Origin: an uncultured Alphaproteobacteria bacterium
GTDB taxonomy: Bacteria > Pseudomonadota > Alphaproteobacteria > Rhodobacterales > Rhodobacteraceae
DNA: 64,000 nt
Assembly: GCA_963695425.1 (NCBI GenBank)
Contig: CAVOGP010000036.1
Coordinates: 57,689-121,688, forward strand
Direction of reading: 5' to 3'
Shown here: piece by piece, positions 54,239 to 63,650 of the stretch
How the letters are laid out: the number at the start of each line of letters is the position of its first letter
Numbering within the stretch: the first letter of the stretch is position 1
Made by a program: the position numbers and the translations under genes
Notes under the pieces: model-generated
What the model was told of the DNA's origin: nothing
The model's database searches: none
Seen by the model: only the letters and a program-made list of their open reading frames with translations

Positions 54239-55058
54239 TTACGGGGCGGGGCCGAAGCCGCCCTGCTGAAGCTGCGCCGCCCCATAGCGATTAAGGATGG
54301 CGGCAAGGGTGCCGTCCGCGTCCAACTGCCGGAAGGCCCGGACGATCTTGCGCTTCAGCGTGAGGTCGCCCTTCCAGAGCCCGAAGACCAGGTTGTAGCG
54401 CGCGAGTTCGTCGGACATCGAGGCCACCCACCAGCCGTTGTCCGCTGCCAGCCCGCCGGCCAGCAGCGCCTCGGTGATGCCGCCGTCGAGCTCGCCACTG
54501 GCGATGCCTTCGACGAGCGCCTCGCCGCTGCGCACGACGCGGACGGTGACGTCGTGACCGCGCAGGTGGCTGGCGAGGCCGATGCGATCGAGCCCGGAGA
54601 TGATGGTGAGCGCCCCGAGCGTGAGGCCGTCGATCCCTTCCAGCGGTTCCGGCGCCAATATCGCCCAGCCGGTCCGCGCGTAGGGCGGCCCGGTGTCGAG
54701 GAACGAGCGGGTGAGCGTCGAATTCGACGACGCCCCCGGCGAGCACCTCGCACTTGGCGCGGTTGATGGCCCAGTTGCGCGGATTGAAGTCGCGGCCCAT
54801 GGCATCGCTGGGGCTGATCAGCAGCCCCACGCCCATGTAGTCGGCGACGGCGCGCAAAATCTCGATGTCGATCCCCGGCCGCTCGGGGTCACCGGTGACC
54901 AGCGGCGGGTAGCTCGTGGGCACGCAGGCGCGGATGGCACCGTTCGCCTCGACCTCGGCGAGAGATGTGTCGGGCGGCAGGAAGGTGACCAGCAGCAACA
55001 GGCCGGCGACGACGCCGATGCCACCGAAGTTGCGCGCCAGTTGCCACATGATACGCAT
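54239..55058 (-). CDS. XoxJ/MoxJ-like substrate-binding-fold protein 2; frameshift near 54725
   Basis: IRACVPTSYPPL, GIDIEI, CEVLAGG, WKGDLTLKRKIVRAFRQLDADGTLAAILNRYG. Confidence 0.7.
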
Positions 55059-55068
55059 GGCGAAGCGC

Positions 55069-55923
55069 TCACACCCGGCGGAAATCGTAGAGCGCGATCG
55101 CAAACAGCACCACGCAGGCGATCCCCATTATAGTGATGCCGAGGCGCGGATCGAACTGGTTGTAGTTGATGAGCACCCCGCGTAGCGCGTCCACGGCATA
55201 GGTCAGTGGATTGTACTCGACGATGGTGACCAGCCACTCGGGGTAGACGACCCTGGTCTGGGCGCCGGTCAGGGCTGGGTTGAGGGGAAAGATCGAGCTT
55301 GACGTGAAGTAGAGCGGCAGGATCAGGGCGTTGGAGAAGACGCCGAAGCCCTCGAAGCTGCGCACGCGGTTGGCGATAACTACCCCGAGCGACGTCATCG
55401 CGAAGGCCAGCAAGGCCATCAGGCCAATGGCCTTCAGCACGTCGAGCCAGGTCAGCGGCACGTCGGCGAAACGGGCAAGCAAAAGCACCAGGCAGCCGTG
55501 GATCACCGCCACCGTCGTGCCTCCCAGCACCTTGCCGAGCAGCACCACCCCGCGCGACATCGGCGAGACCAGCACCTCGCGCAGGAAGCCGAACTCGCGG
55601 TCCCAGATGACCGAGACCGCCGATTGCACCGAAGTGAACATGATGTTGAGCGCCACGACGGCGGGAAATATGAACTGCAGATAGGTGAAGGGCACGACGA
55701 AGGTCACCTCGCCGTAGACCTCGCCGCGGAAATACGGGTTGAGGCCGATGCCGAGGATCAGCACCCAGAGGATGGGACGGCTGATGCCCCCGACCAGCTG
55801 CCCACGATCGCGGATGGCGCGCTTCACCTCGCGCAGCCAGATGCCGTAGAGGCCGCCGAGCTGGATCAGCAGCAGCGACCGGCGGGCGGGGCGCACCATG
55901 GCGGCGCCGTCAGTACTGGTCAT
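55069..55923 (-). CDS. ABC-2 type permease
   Basis: GIWLREVKR, SVIWDREFGFLREVLVSP, NPLTYAVDALRG. Confidence 0.88.
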   Translation of the reverse strand: MTSTDGAAMVRPARRSLLLIQLGGLYGIWLREVKRAIRDRGQLVGGISRPILWVLILGIGLNPYFRGEVYGEVTFVVPFTYLQFIFPAVVALNIMFTSVQSAVSVIWDREFGFLREVLVSPMSRGVVLLGKVLGGTTVAVIHGCLVLLLARFADVPLTWLDVLKAIGLMALLAFAMTSLGVVIANRVRSFEGFGVFSNALILPLYFTSSSIFPLNPALTGAQTRVVYPEWLVTIVEYNPLTYAVDALRGVLINYNQFDPRLGITIMGIACVVLFAIALYDFRRV

Positions 55924-56924
55924 CGTGTGTGTTCTCCTCCGCGCTTGCCGAAGGCGAGGGTGCGCTCGCGGGCGCTGGCGGGCTGGTCGCGGAGCCCGCG
56001 GCCGGTCAGCGTCAGGAACACCGACTCCAGGCTCGGGACCTCGACCGCCAGCGAGCGGATGCGGCCGCCGTGTTCGGCGAGGAACGCCTCGGCGAAAGCA
56101 TCATCCGAGACGAGCAGGATGGTCTCGCCCGCTGCCCCCGCCGCACCCGCCAGTCGATCCGCGTAGCGTGCCAGGATCTCCTCGCGGTCGCCCGCCGCCC
56201 TGGGGACGATGCGAAGTAACTGCTGGCCATGGTCGCGCTTTAGCGCCTCGGGCGTGTCGAGGGCCAGGACCTTGCCCTGGTCCACGACGCAGACGCGGTC
56301 GCAGCCCTCGACTTCCTCGATGTAGTGGGTGGTCACCAGCACGGTGATTTGCCGCTCGGCGCGCAGGCGGCGGATGTAGGACCAGATGCGCTCGCGGGTC
56401 TGGGCGTCGAGCCCGACCGTCGGTTCGTCGAGGAGCATGACCTCGAAATCATGGATCAGCGCGCGGGCGATCTCCAGCCGGCGCTTCATGCCCGAGGACA
56501 GCGTGCGCGCCGGCCTGTCCGCCCAGTCGGCCAGCTCCACCAGCACCAGCATCTCCTCGATGCGCTGCCGCCGCAGCTTTCGCGGCACCCCGAACACCAG
56601 CCCGTGAAGCTCGAGGTTCTCGCGAACCGTCAGCCGGTCGTCGAGGCTCGGTTCCTGAAAGACGATGCCGAGACGACGGCGGGCGGCCAGCGGCTCCCTG
56701 ACCACGTCGTGGCCGCCGATCAGCGCCACGCCGCTGTCGGGGCGCAGGATCGTGCACAGGATGTGCAGGAGTGTGGTCTTGCCGGCGCCGTTGGGTCCAA
56801 GCAGCGCGAAAAGCTCGCGGTCGCGAACCTCGAAGCTGATGTCGTCCAGCGCCAGCGTGCGCCCGTAGCGCTTGGATACGGCGTCGACGCGGATGGCGGG
56901 GCCGGAGTTCGACGTTCCCGCCAT
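55920..56924 (-). CDS. ABC-2 type ATP-binding protein
   Basis: GPNGAGKTT, IVFQEPSLD, LSSGMKRR, LLDEPTVGLD. Confidence 0.9.
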   Translation of the reverse strand: MAGTSNSGPAIRVDAVSKRYGRTLALDDISFEVRDRELFALLGPNGAGKTTLLHILCTILRPDSGVALIGGHDVVREPLAARRRLGIVFQEPSLDDRLTVRENLELHGLVFGVPRKLRRQRIEEMLVLVELADWADRPARTLSSGMKRRLEIARALIHDFEVMLLDEPTVGLDAQTRERIWSYIRRLRAERQITVLVTTHYIEEVEGCDRVCVVDQGKVLALDTPEALKRDHGQQLLRIVPRAAGDREEILARYADRLAGAAGAAGETILLVSDDAFAEAFLAEHGGRIRSLAVEVPSLESVFLTLTGRGLRDQPASARERTLAFGKRGGEHTR

Positions 56925-57811
56925 CAGGGCCCGGCCGTCGCCGGGAACTCGTACATCTGGAGGATGCCCGCGATCGTCCCGTCCGCGCTCAGCGCGGCGA
57001 TCGCTTCGTCGACGGCCGTGCGCAGGAATGTCTCGTCGGCGAGGAGCAGCGCGCCCACCCCCAGGGTGGTCGGCGGCAGTGGGTTCGGGTCGATCACGCG
57101 AAGGTCGGCATAGGCGGCATCCTCGCGCTGCCTGGCCCACAGACTGGGAGCCCAGACGAGGGCGACGTCGACCGTGCCGTTGAGAAGAGCGTCGAGCGCC
57201 ATGGCGTCGGTGCCCATCGGGAACGCCGGCCAGCGATCCTCCGCTGGCACGGCCATCAGGTAGGAGACCAGCCGGATCTGCGCCGAAGTTCCGATCGTCA
57301 CGGCGATAGGACGCCCGGGCTCCAGGTCAGCGAGCGCGTGGAGGTCGGGGTCGGCGGTGACGAAGACGTACTGGGTCTCGTAGTAGGGCCGGGTCAGCGT
57401 GACCCAGTCGGGAAAGCCCTCGGGGATCAATTTGAAGCCCATGTGAACGTCACAGTGCTCCAGCATGACCCCGTATACGACAGTGAGATCCTCGATGGCG
57501 TAACTTCTGTCGACCACATATCTCTGCGGCTCGAGCAACAGTGCGAGAGCGATGGCATCGGCGATGGCGCCCGCCACCTCCCAGTCGGGGTCGCGCGGGT
57601 CCACGCAGTAGCGAAGCTGCAACTCGTCCAGCCGCCGGCCGTAGGTCCAGTGGCGGGGCGCGTAGGGCACGTCGTAGAACTCCGGCTCCTGGGCCGAAAC
57701 CGGCCCCGCCGGCAGCGCGCCTACCGGGATTGCCAGAGCCAGCGCCTTGAGCGCACCGGCCAGACGCGGAAAAGCGAAAACAACGGACAAGATCGGCCCT
57801 CGCAACGGCAC
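56924..57811 (-). CDS. XoxJ/MoxJ-like substrate-binding-fold protein 1
   Basis: LRYCVDP, CDVHMG, TRPYYETQYVFV, DVALVWAP. Confidence 0.75.
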   Translation of the reverse strand: MPLRGPILSVVFAFPRLAGALKALALAIPVGALPAGPVSAQEPEFYDVPYAPRHWTYGRRLDELQLRYCVDPRDPDWEVAGAIADAIALALLLEPQRYVVDRSYAIEDLTVVYGVMLEHCDVHMGFKLIPEGFPDWVTLTRPYYETQYVFVTADPDLHALADLEPGRPIAVTIGTSAQIRLVSYLMAVPAEDRWPAFPMGTDAMALDALLNGTVDVALVWAPSLWARQREDAAYADLRVIDPNPLPPTTLGVGALLLADETFLRTAVDEAIAALSADGTIAGILQMYEFPATAGP

Positions 57812-57843
57812 CGGGCGGACTGGAAGCTTCCAGGTCCGCCCGG
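57811..57843 (-). terminator. Strong hairpin between the PQQ dehydrogenase and the XoxJ-like gene
   Basis: CCGGGCGGAC-TGGAAGCTTCCAG-GTCCGCCCGG. Confidence 0.5.
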
Positions 57844-57870
57844 GCCGAGTTTCGGAATGCGCTCAGCTGA

Positions 57871-59622
57871 TCAGTCTGGAAGCGCGAAGACGTACAGCGT
57901 AATCGGGTCGTTCCGCGGAAGCCGCACTTCCGGGGTCAGCGTCTGCAGGCGACCCAGGCCGGAGGCAAAGTTCGCGGTGATCGCGACGTATTGCTTGCCG
58001 CCAGCCGTGTAAGTGATCGGGAAGGACTCGAGTGAGTTGCTCAGCGTTGGGCTGGTCCACAGCACTTCGCCGGTCTCGTCGTCGAACGCCATGAACTTGC
58101 GGTCGAGGCTGCCGACGAACACCACGCCACCAGCGGTTGGCAGGGTCGAGCTGGTGACCGGGGGCCGCTGCCGGTATTGCCACATCTCAGACTGGTCGGT
58201 CAGGTTGATGGCCCGGACCTGGCCGATATTGCCGTCGCTGTCGGGCACGGGCACGCGCGAGAATGTTGCTCCGCCGCCGCCGGTGTAGATCTGGCCCGGA
58301 TCGAGCGGGTTCGGCGTGGTGTTCGAGCAGAACTCCACCGTCGGCAGATAGAGCGCGCCGGTCCGCGGGCTGTAGGACGTCGCTTGCCAGGCCCTGCCGC
58401 CAGGGTCGGCCGGGCAGTTGAATGTGGTCTGGCCGATCTGCGGAATCGTCTCCTGGTTGATGGTCTTCGCGCCGGTCTCCTGGTCGATCGACGCAACGAC
58501 GTTCTGCGGCACGGTCTCCATCGCCCACAACCACTCGCCGGTGGTCCGGTCGATGGCCTCGATGATACCAAGCTTGCCGGTCGTCACCACCAACTTGCGG
58601 TCCACGCCATCGACCGGTAGGTCGACGAGGATGCGCTCATAGACGTAGTCGAGGTCGAGGGTGTCGTTCGGGAGGTACTGGTGGTACCACTTCAGTTCGC
58701 CTGTGTTCGGGTCGATGGCGATGGTGGAGTTAGTGTAGAGCGCGTCGTTGGTGACGTTGGGGTCTGAGCTCGCGGGAAGCAGACCGTTCATTACGGCGGC
58801 CCAGGGATAGGGCTGCCCAACGCCAGCGAGGATCAGGTTCTGCTCGGGGTCGTAGGAGCCCGCGATCCATGCCGAGGCGCCATGGCGGCTCTCCAGCGGA
58901 ATGCCGTTCCAGCTGTTGCCCTCGGGCGTATCGCCACGGGCAATGGTGTTAACGCGCCACAGTTCCGCGCCGGTGTCCGCGTCATGACCGGTAAAGAAGC
59001 AGCCGCCAGGCTGGCCACCGCCGCACCCGGTCGTGCCCTGGACGACAACGCCGTTGGCTACGATCGGTCCGCTGGAAAAGCTGAAGCCGTACGCGTGGTT
59101 GGCGACCTGCTGGTCCCATACTAGCTGCCCGGTCTTGGTGTCGAGCGCAATCAGATGGGCATCGCGGGTCGCGATGATCAGCTTGTCTTCGTAGATCGCC
59201 TTGTTGCGGATTCCGCGGGGGGCCACGGTGTCCGGGAGTTCGTGCTCATATTCCCAGATCAGCTCGCCCGTGGCCCCGTCGAGGGCCTGGATCACCTGAT
59301 CGGAATTCTGGATGAACACGATCCCGTCATGGGCCAGCGGGGTTTCCTGCGTCCGACCCGGCGTCATGCTCCAAGCCCAAGCCAGCTGGAGATTGCCGAC
59401 GTTTTCCTTGTTGATCTGGTCGAGCGGGCTGTAGCCCCAGCCATCGAGGGTGCGCCGCCACATCAGCCAGTCGCCGTCGGGCGGGTTGAGCAGCATCTCG
59501 TCGGTGACCGGCGTGATGTTGTCGATCGGACTGCCCTGGGCAACGGCGGACTGTACGGCAAGCAGTGACGCCGAAGACATGGCAATCGTAAAGATTGCCA
59601 TTAGTTTGTGACCAGACCTCAT
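57871..59622 (-). CDS. Periplasmic PQQ-dependent dehydrogenase (sorbose/sorbosone dehydrogenase / DepA-like subfamily)
   Basis: Signal peptide; PVTDEMLLNPPDGDWL, YSPLDQINKENV, Trp-docking repeats (ALDGATGELIW), SSGPIVANG, GKQYVAI, YVFALP. Confidence 0.9.
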   Translation of the reverse strand: MRSGHKLMAIFTIAMSSASLLAVQSAVAQGSPIDNITPVTDEMLLNPPDGDWLMWRRTLDGWGYSPLDQINKENVGNLQLAWAWSMTPGRTQETPLAHDGIVFIQNSDQVIQALDGATGELIWEYEHELPDTVAPRGIRNKAIYEDKLIIATRDAHLIALDTKTGQLVWDQQVANHAYGFSFSSGPIVANGVVVQGTTGCGGGQPGGCFFTGHDADTGAELWRVNTIARGDTPEGNSWNGIPLESRHGASAWIAGSYDPEQNLILAGVGQPYPWAAVMNGLLPASSDPNVTNDALYTNSTIAIDPNTGELKWYHQYLPNDTLDLDYVYERILVDLPVDGVDRKLVVTTGKLGIIEAIDRTTGEWLWAMETVPQNVVASIDQETGAKTINQETIPQIGQTTFNCPADPGGRAWQATSYSPRTGALYLPTVEFCSNTTPNPLDPGQIYTGGGGATFSRVPVPDSDGNIGQVRAINLTDQSEMWQYRQRPPVTSSTLPTAGGVVFVGSLDRKFMAFDDETGEVLWTSPTLSNSLESFPITYTAGGKQYVAITANFASGLGRLQTLTPEVRLPRNDPITLYVFALPD

Positions 59623-59849
59623 CGGTGGTCTCCTTCCCTAGATTTTGATTTAACTAGCGCGTAGGCTCGAAGGAAGCATTCCAGGCGAGTTGTGCTGGCC
59701 CGCGAAGTCTCCGCTAGTTAATTGCAGCGTAAGCCCGCGCGGCTGGACCCGTCAATACCGTATCATCGAATCCCGGCGCGCTACGGGCGCCCGGAGCGGC
59801 CCGCGCCGAACACGACGCGTTCCTGGCCGGCGGAGACGTCGGGGTGGCG

Positions 59850-60250
59850 GACCCAGCCTGTGGACCCACAAACTAAGTGCGACACCGGCTATCGCCGGGA
59901 TCGCCGTGGGACAGAGTTACAGCCACCTCAGCCCTGAGGAGAGATGCCGCCTGCGCGGCCTGATGGAGATGGGACTGGGCGTCAGCGAGATCGCGAGGCG
60001 GCCCCGCCGGCACCGGCCCACGATCCAGCGCGAACCCGCCCGCAACCGGTGCTCCGACGGCAACAGGCCGGATAGCGCCGCGCTGCGCACGGCGTGCCTG
60101 GGCGGGCGAGTTGCTCGGCTTGAGGATCGTGCCCTCCACCCGCCTGCGTGCCCAAGTCGAGGATTGCCCTGCCATGGGATGGTCTCCGGAGCAAATCGGG
60201 GCGGATGGAGCGCAACGGATCGGTGTACAGGGTCAGCGCGGATCCCATTT
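59850..60250 (+). mobile_element. IS30-family transposase remnant
   Basis: GQSYSHLSPEERCRL...SEIARR..RHRPTIQRE.ARN, later GWSPEQI; frameshifted and truncated. Confidence 0.75.
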
Positions 60251-60322
60251 ACGGTCACGCTTAAGGGCCAGCCAGCATGACATGACTAGCTATATAGCCT
60301 CGATCTTCAGCTGTGCTGCGGT

Positions 60323-60766
60323 TCAGATTGTGGCGCTTCCGCGGGTCTTTCCGGTGACCGCCGCAAGCCAATCTGCCGAAGTACGCGTTCTGCACCGCCT
60401 ACTCCACCGGAAACCCTCCAGCAGATCATCCAGCTGCAACTCCGCCGGCTGCCTCCCATCCAGGATCGCCTCCACGATCTCCGGGGCGACCAGAGTGAGC
60501 CGGAGGACCTGGCTGACGTAGGTCTTTCCTATCCCTTTGCTCTTCGCCAAATCCTCAAGCGTCGCGTACACACCCTCGTCCAGCATCTTCCGCCACCGGA
60601 ACGCTCGTGCCAGCGCCTTGACCATTGCGTTGTCGACCCGCGGGCGCGGCGCCCGCTCCGTGCCGTCTGGCGTAACCACCAGCTTCCGCCCGCCGCGCTT
60701 CCGGAACGTCATGGGGATGTGGACCGTGATCGTGTCGCCGTCGGCTGAGACCGTCGCCCGCGTCAC
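60323..60766 (-). CDS. Conserved hypothetical protein typically found downstream of large serine recombinases
   Basis: TITVHIPMTFRKRGGRKLVVTPDG...VKALARAFRWRKMLDEG...LRLTLVAPEIVEAILDGRQP. Confidence 0.7.
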   Translation of the reverse strand: MTRATVSADGDTITVHIPMTFRKRGGRKLVVTPDGTERAPRPRVDNAMVKALARAFRWRKMLDEGVYATLEDLAKSKGIGKTYVSQVLRLTLVAPEIVEAILDGRQPAELQLDDLLEGFRWSRRCRTRTSADWLAAVTGKTRGSATI

Positions 60767-61110
60767 GCCGCCGCCCTCCTGCTGCCCGCCACCTCGCGCG
60801 CCAGCCCGGCGAGCCCGCTCGGCCGCAGCCGCACCTCGACGCCGTGCATTCGCACGTCGACCCGCTCGACCAGCAGATGGGCGAACTGCGCCTGCTCGGC
60901 TGGGACGAGCTCGTCCCACAGCGGGTCGAGCTGCAGCAGCGCCCTCCGCGCCCCGTCCTCGGTGATGTCGTCGTGCTCGGCCCGCGCCGCCTGCCACGTG
61001 CCCACGACGATCTCCGACTGCCGGAAAATGCCGCGCAACTGGTCGATGACCGCGCCCTCGATCTCAGCGGATGGCACCCGCCCGACAGGGCAGGCATCGG
61101 GCCCGCGCAT
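60763..61110 (-). pseudogene. C-terminal remnant of a large serine recombinase
   Basis: GPDACPVGRVPSAEIEGAVIDQLR...LDPLWDEL.PAEQ..LLVERVDV; catalytic N-terminus absent. Confidence 0.75.
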
Positions 61111-61183
61111 GCGGCCAAGAACGCAGCCCTGCGCAGTCCAGCGTGTTCTTGCGGGGCTCCCTACATGCTCGTAGCCTGACCGC

Positions 61184-63607
61184 ATGGCGAAGCCGACCCT
61201 CGAAACTTACCGCGGAAAGCGCGACTTCAGCCGCACCGCGGAGCCCGTCGGTGGCATGATCGGCGCCGACGGCAACCGCTTCGTCGTGCACAAGCACCAT
61301 GCCTCGTCGGATCACTACGACCTGCGGCTCCAGGTCGGGGACGTCCTGAAGAGCTGGGCGGTGCCGAAAGGACCTTCGCTCGATCCGGCGGAGAAGCGGC
61401 TGGCGGTCGAGACCGAGGACCATCCGCTCGAATACGCCGACTTCGAGGGCGTCATTCCCGACGGCGAATACGGCGGCGGGCCGATGATCGTCTGGGATGC
61501 GGGCGTCTGGGCACCGATGGATGACGTGGCGGAGAGTCTCGCCAGCGGCGCCTTCAAGTTCCGCCTCGCCGGCGAGAAGCTGAAGGGCGGATGGATGCTG
61601 GCTCGCCTGAAGTCACGCCCCGGCGAGACCCAGCGCGCCTGGCTCCTCTTCAAGGAACGCGATCCGGCCGCGAATGCCGGCACCGACATCCTCACCGAAC
61701 GCCCCGAAAGCGTGAAGACCGGCCGCAGGATCGAGGACCTGGCCGCGCCGGTGGCGTCGCCCAGGACCGTTCTCCGCCCGGGCTCCCTTCCGGGCGCCGT
61801 GCGCGCCCCGATGCCGGACCGGATCGTGCCGCAGCTCGCCTCGGCGACGTCCGAAACGCCCGCGGGTGACGACTGGCTCCACGAGATCAAGCTTGACGGC
61901 TATCGCACGATCGCCCGCAAGTCCGGCGGCGAGGTGCGCCTGCTCACGCGGGGCGGCCTCGACTGGACGCGGCGCTACGGCGACCTCGCTGAAGCCTTCG
62001 CAGCGCTCCCCTGCCGCGATGCGGTCATCGATGGCGAGATCGTCGTGCTCGACGCGAAGGGCGTCAGCCGCTTCGCGGATCTGCAGGCGGCGCTCTCGCG
62101 CGGCGTCAGCAGGGAGCTGGTGTTTTTTGCCTTCGACCTCCTGCATCTTAACGGCTGGGACGTCACGGCGGCCCCGCTGGTGCGACGTAAGGCGCTGCTC
62201 GCAAGCTTGCTCGCAGGGGGTACGCCCCGCGCGGCGATCCACCTCAGCGATCACGTCGAGGGCGGCGGCCCGGCGTTCTTCGAGCGCGTCTCGGAGATGG
62301 GGCTGGAGGGCGTGGTCTCCAAGCGCGGCTCCGCCGCCTATCAGCCTAGCCGCTCGAAGACCTGGACCAAGACCAAGGCGCTGAAGGTCGGCGACTTCGT
62401 GATTGCCGGCTACACCACCTCGGTGGCCGCCGGTGGGCTGGCGGCGCTCGGGATCGCGGAATGGCGGGATGGCGAGCTCGCCTGGCGCGGAAAGGTCGGG
62501 ACGGGCTTCGACGCGGCGACACTGCGCGCGTTGCTCCTTCGGCTCGAACCGCTGCGCGAGGGGGCCGTTCCTATAGAGGGAGGGCCAAGGGACATCCACT
62601 GGGTCCGCCCGGTCCTGACCGCCCATATTCACTACGCCACTCGCACCGCCGACAATGCTTTGCGCCACGCGGTGTTCAGGGGGCTTCGCGAGGTCGAACT
62701 GACCGGGTCCGATCCCGGACCGCGCCGGCGGCTGATCTCCGACGCCGATCTCGCTTCGGTGACGATCACCAATCCCAAGCGGCGGCTCTTCGGCCGTTCC
62801 GGCGCGACCAAGCTCGATGTCGCGGTCTACTACGCGGCCATCGGGGACCTCATGCTCCCGCACCTGCTCGGCCGACCGGTCTCGCTGGTGCGGTGCCCGA
62901 CCGGCAAGCCCGGGGACTGTTTCTTTCAGCGGCATGCCTTCACCGGGATGCCGGCCTCGGTCGCGACCTTCCCGAGCCGCAACTCGGAGGGAGAAACCAA
63001 GACCTACCTCGCGATCGAGGACGCCAGAGGATATCTGGCGCTTGCCCAGTTCGGCGTGGTCGAGTTCCACACTTGGGGCGCGCTGCGCCGGCGGCTGGAG
63101 AAGCCGGACCGTGTCGTCTTTGACCTCGACCCCGGCGAGGGCGTCGGCTGGCGGGAGATCGTCGAGGCGGCCGTGCATGTCCGCTCCGAGCTCGAGGCGA
63201 TGGGTCTCGTCCCGTTCGTGAAGACCTCCGGCGGAAAGGGCCTGCACGTGCTGGTTCCGATCCGGCCGAGCCGGGGCTGGAAGCAGGTGCACGCCGCCAC
63301 CCGCGCCATCGCCGCGCGCATCGCCGCCACCGCGCCCGCGACCTTCACCACCACGATGGGTCCGGAGAACCGCAAGGGCCGGATCTTCATCGACTTCCAC
63401 CGCAACGCCCGCGGCGCCACCGCAGTTGCGCCCTGGTCGCTGCGGGCGCGTCCCAACCTGACGGCCTCGGCTCCGCTCCGCTGGGACGATCTGGAAACTG
63501 TCGACGCACCGGAAGATTTGAACTATTCTTCCCTCCCGGGACTGGTGTCCGCGTCCGGCGACCCCTGGGCCGACATCGACGACTTCGCCAGGGGACTGCC
63601 GGACTGA
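61184..63607 (+). CDS. ligD: NHEJ DNA ligase D (phosphoesterase-ligase-polymerase)
   Basis: HHASSDHYDLRL...SWAVPKGPS (PE domain), EIKLDGYR and EGVVSK (ligase), FFQRH, FDLDPG, KTSGGKGLH (polymerase). Confidence 0.95.
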   Translation: MAKPTLETYRGKRDFSRTAEPVGGMIGADGNRFVVHKHHASSDHYDLRLQVGDVLKSWAVPKGPSLDPAEKRLAVETEDHPLEYADFEGVIPDGEYGGGPMIVWDAGVWAPMDDVAESLASGAFKFRLAGEKLKGGWMLARLKSRPGETQRAWLLFKERDPAANAGTDILTERPESVKTGRRIEDLAAPVASPRTVLRPGSLPGAVRAPMPDRIVPQLASATSETPAGDDWLHEIKLDGYRTIARKSGGEVRLLTRGGLDWTRRYGDLAEAFAALPCRDAVIDGEIVVLDAKGVSRFADLQAALSRGVSRELVFFAFDLLHLNGWDVTAAPLVRRKALLASLLAGGTPRAAIHLSDHVEGGGPAFFERVSEMGLEGVVSKRGSAAYQPSRSKTWTKTKALKVGDFVIAGYTTSVAAGGLAALGIAEWRDGELAWRGKVGTGFDAATLRALLLRLEPLREGAVPIEGGPRDIHWVRPVLTAHIHYATRTADNALRHAVFRGLREVELTGSDPGPRRRLISDADLASVTITNPKRRLFGRSGATKLDVAVYYAAIGDLMLPHLLGRPVSLVRCPTGKPGDCFFQRHAFTGMPASVATFPSRNSEGETKTYLAIEDARGYLALAQFGVVEFHTWGALRRRLEKPDRVVFDLDPGEGVGWREIVEAAVHVRSELEAMGLVPFVKTSGGKGLHVLVPIRPSRGWKQVHAATRAIAARIAATAPATFTTTMGPENRKGRIFIDFHRNARGATAVAPWSLRARPNLTASAPLRWDDLETVDAPEDLNYSSLPGLVSASGDPWADIDDFARGLPD

Positions 63608-63650
63608 AGCATCCGGGCAGCGCTCGGCTGTCCGCCAGGGAGAGACGAAC

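Noticed and set aside
57871-59622. Calling the PQQ enzyme xoxF, mxaF or pedH
   Set aside because: It lacks the vicinal Cys-Cys and Glu ligand, and overall resembles the SSDH/DepA type
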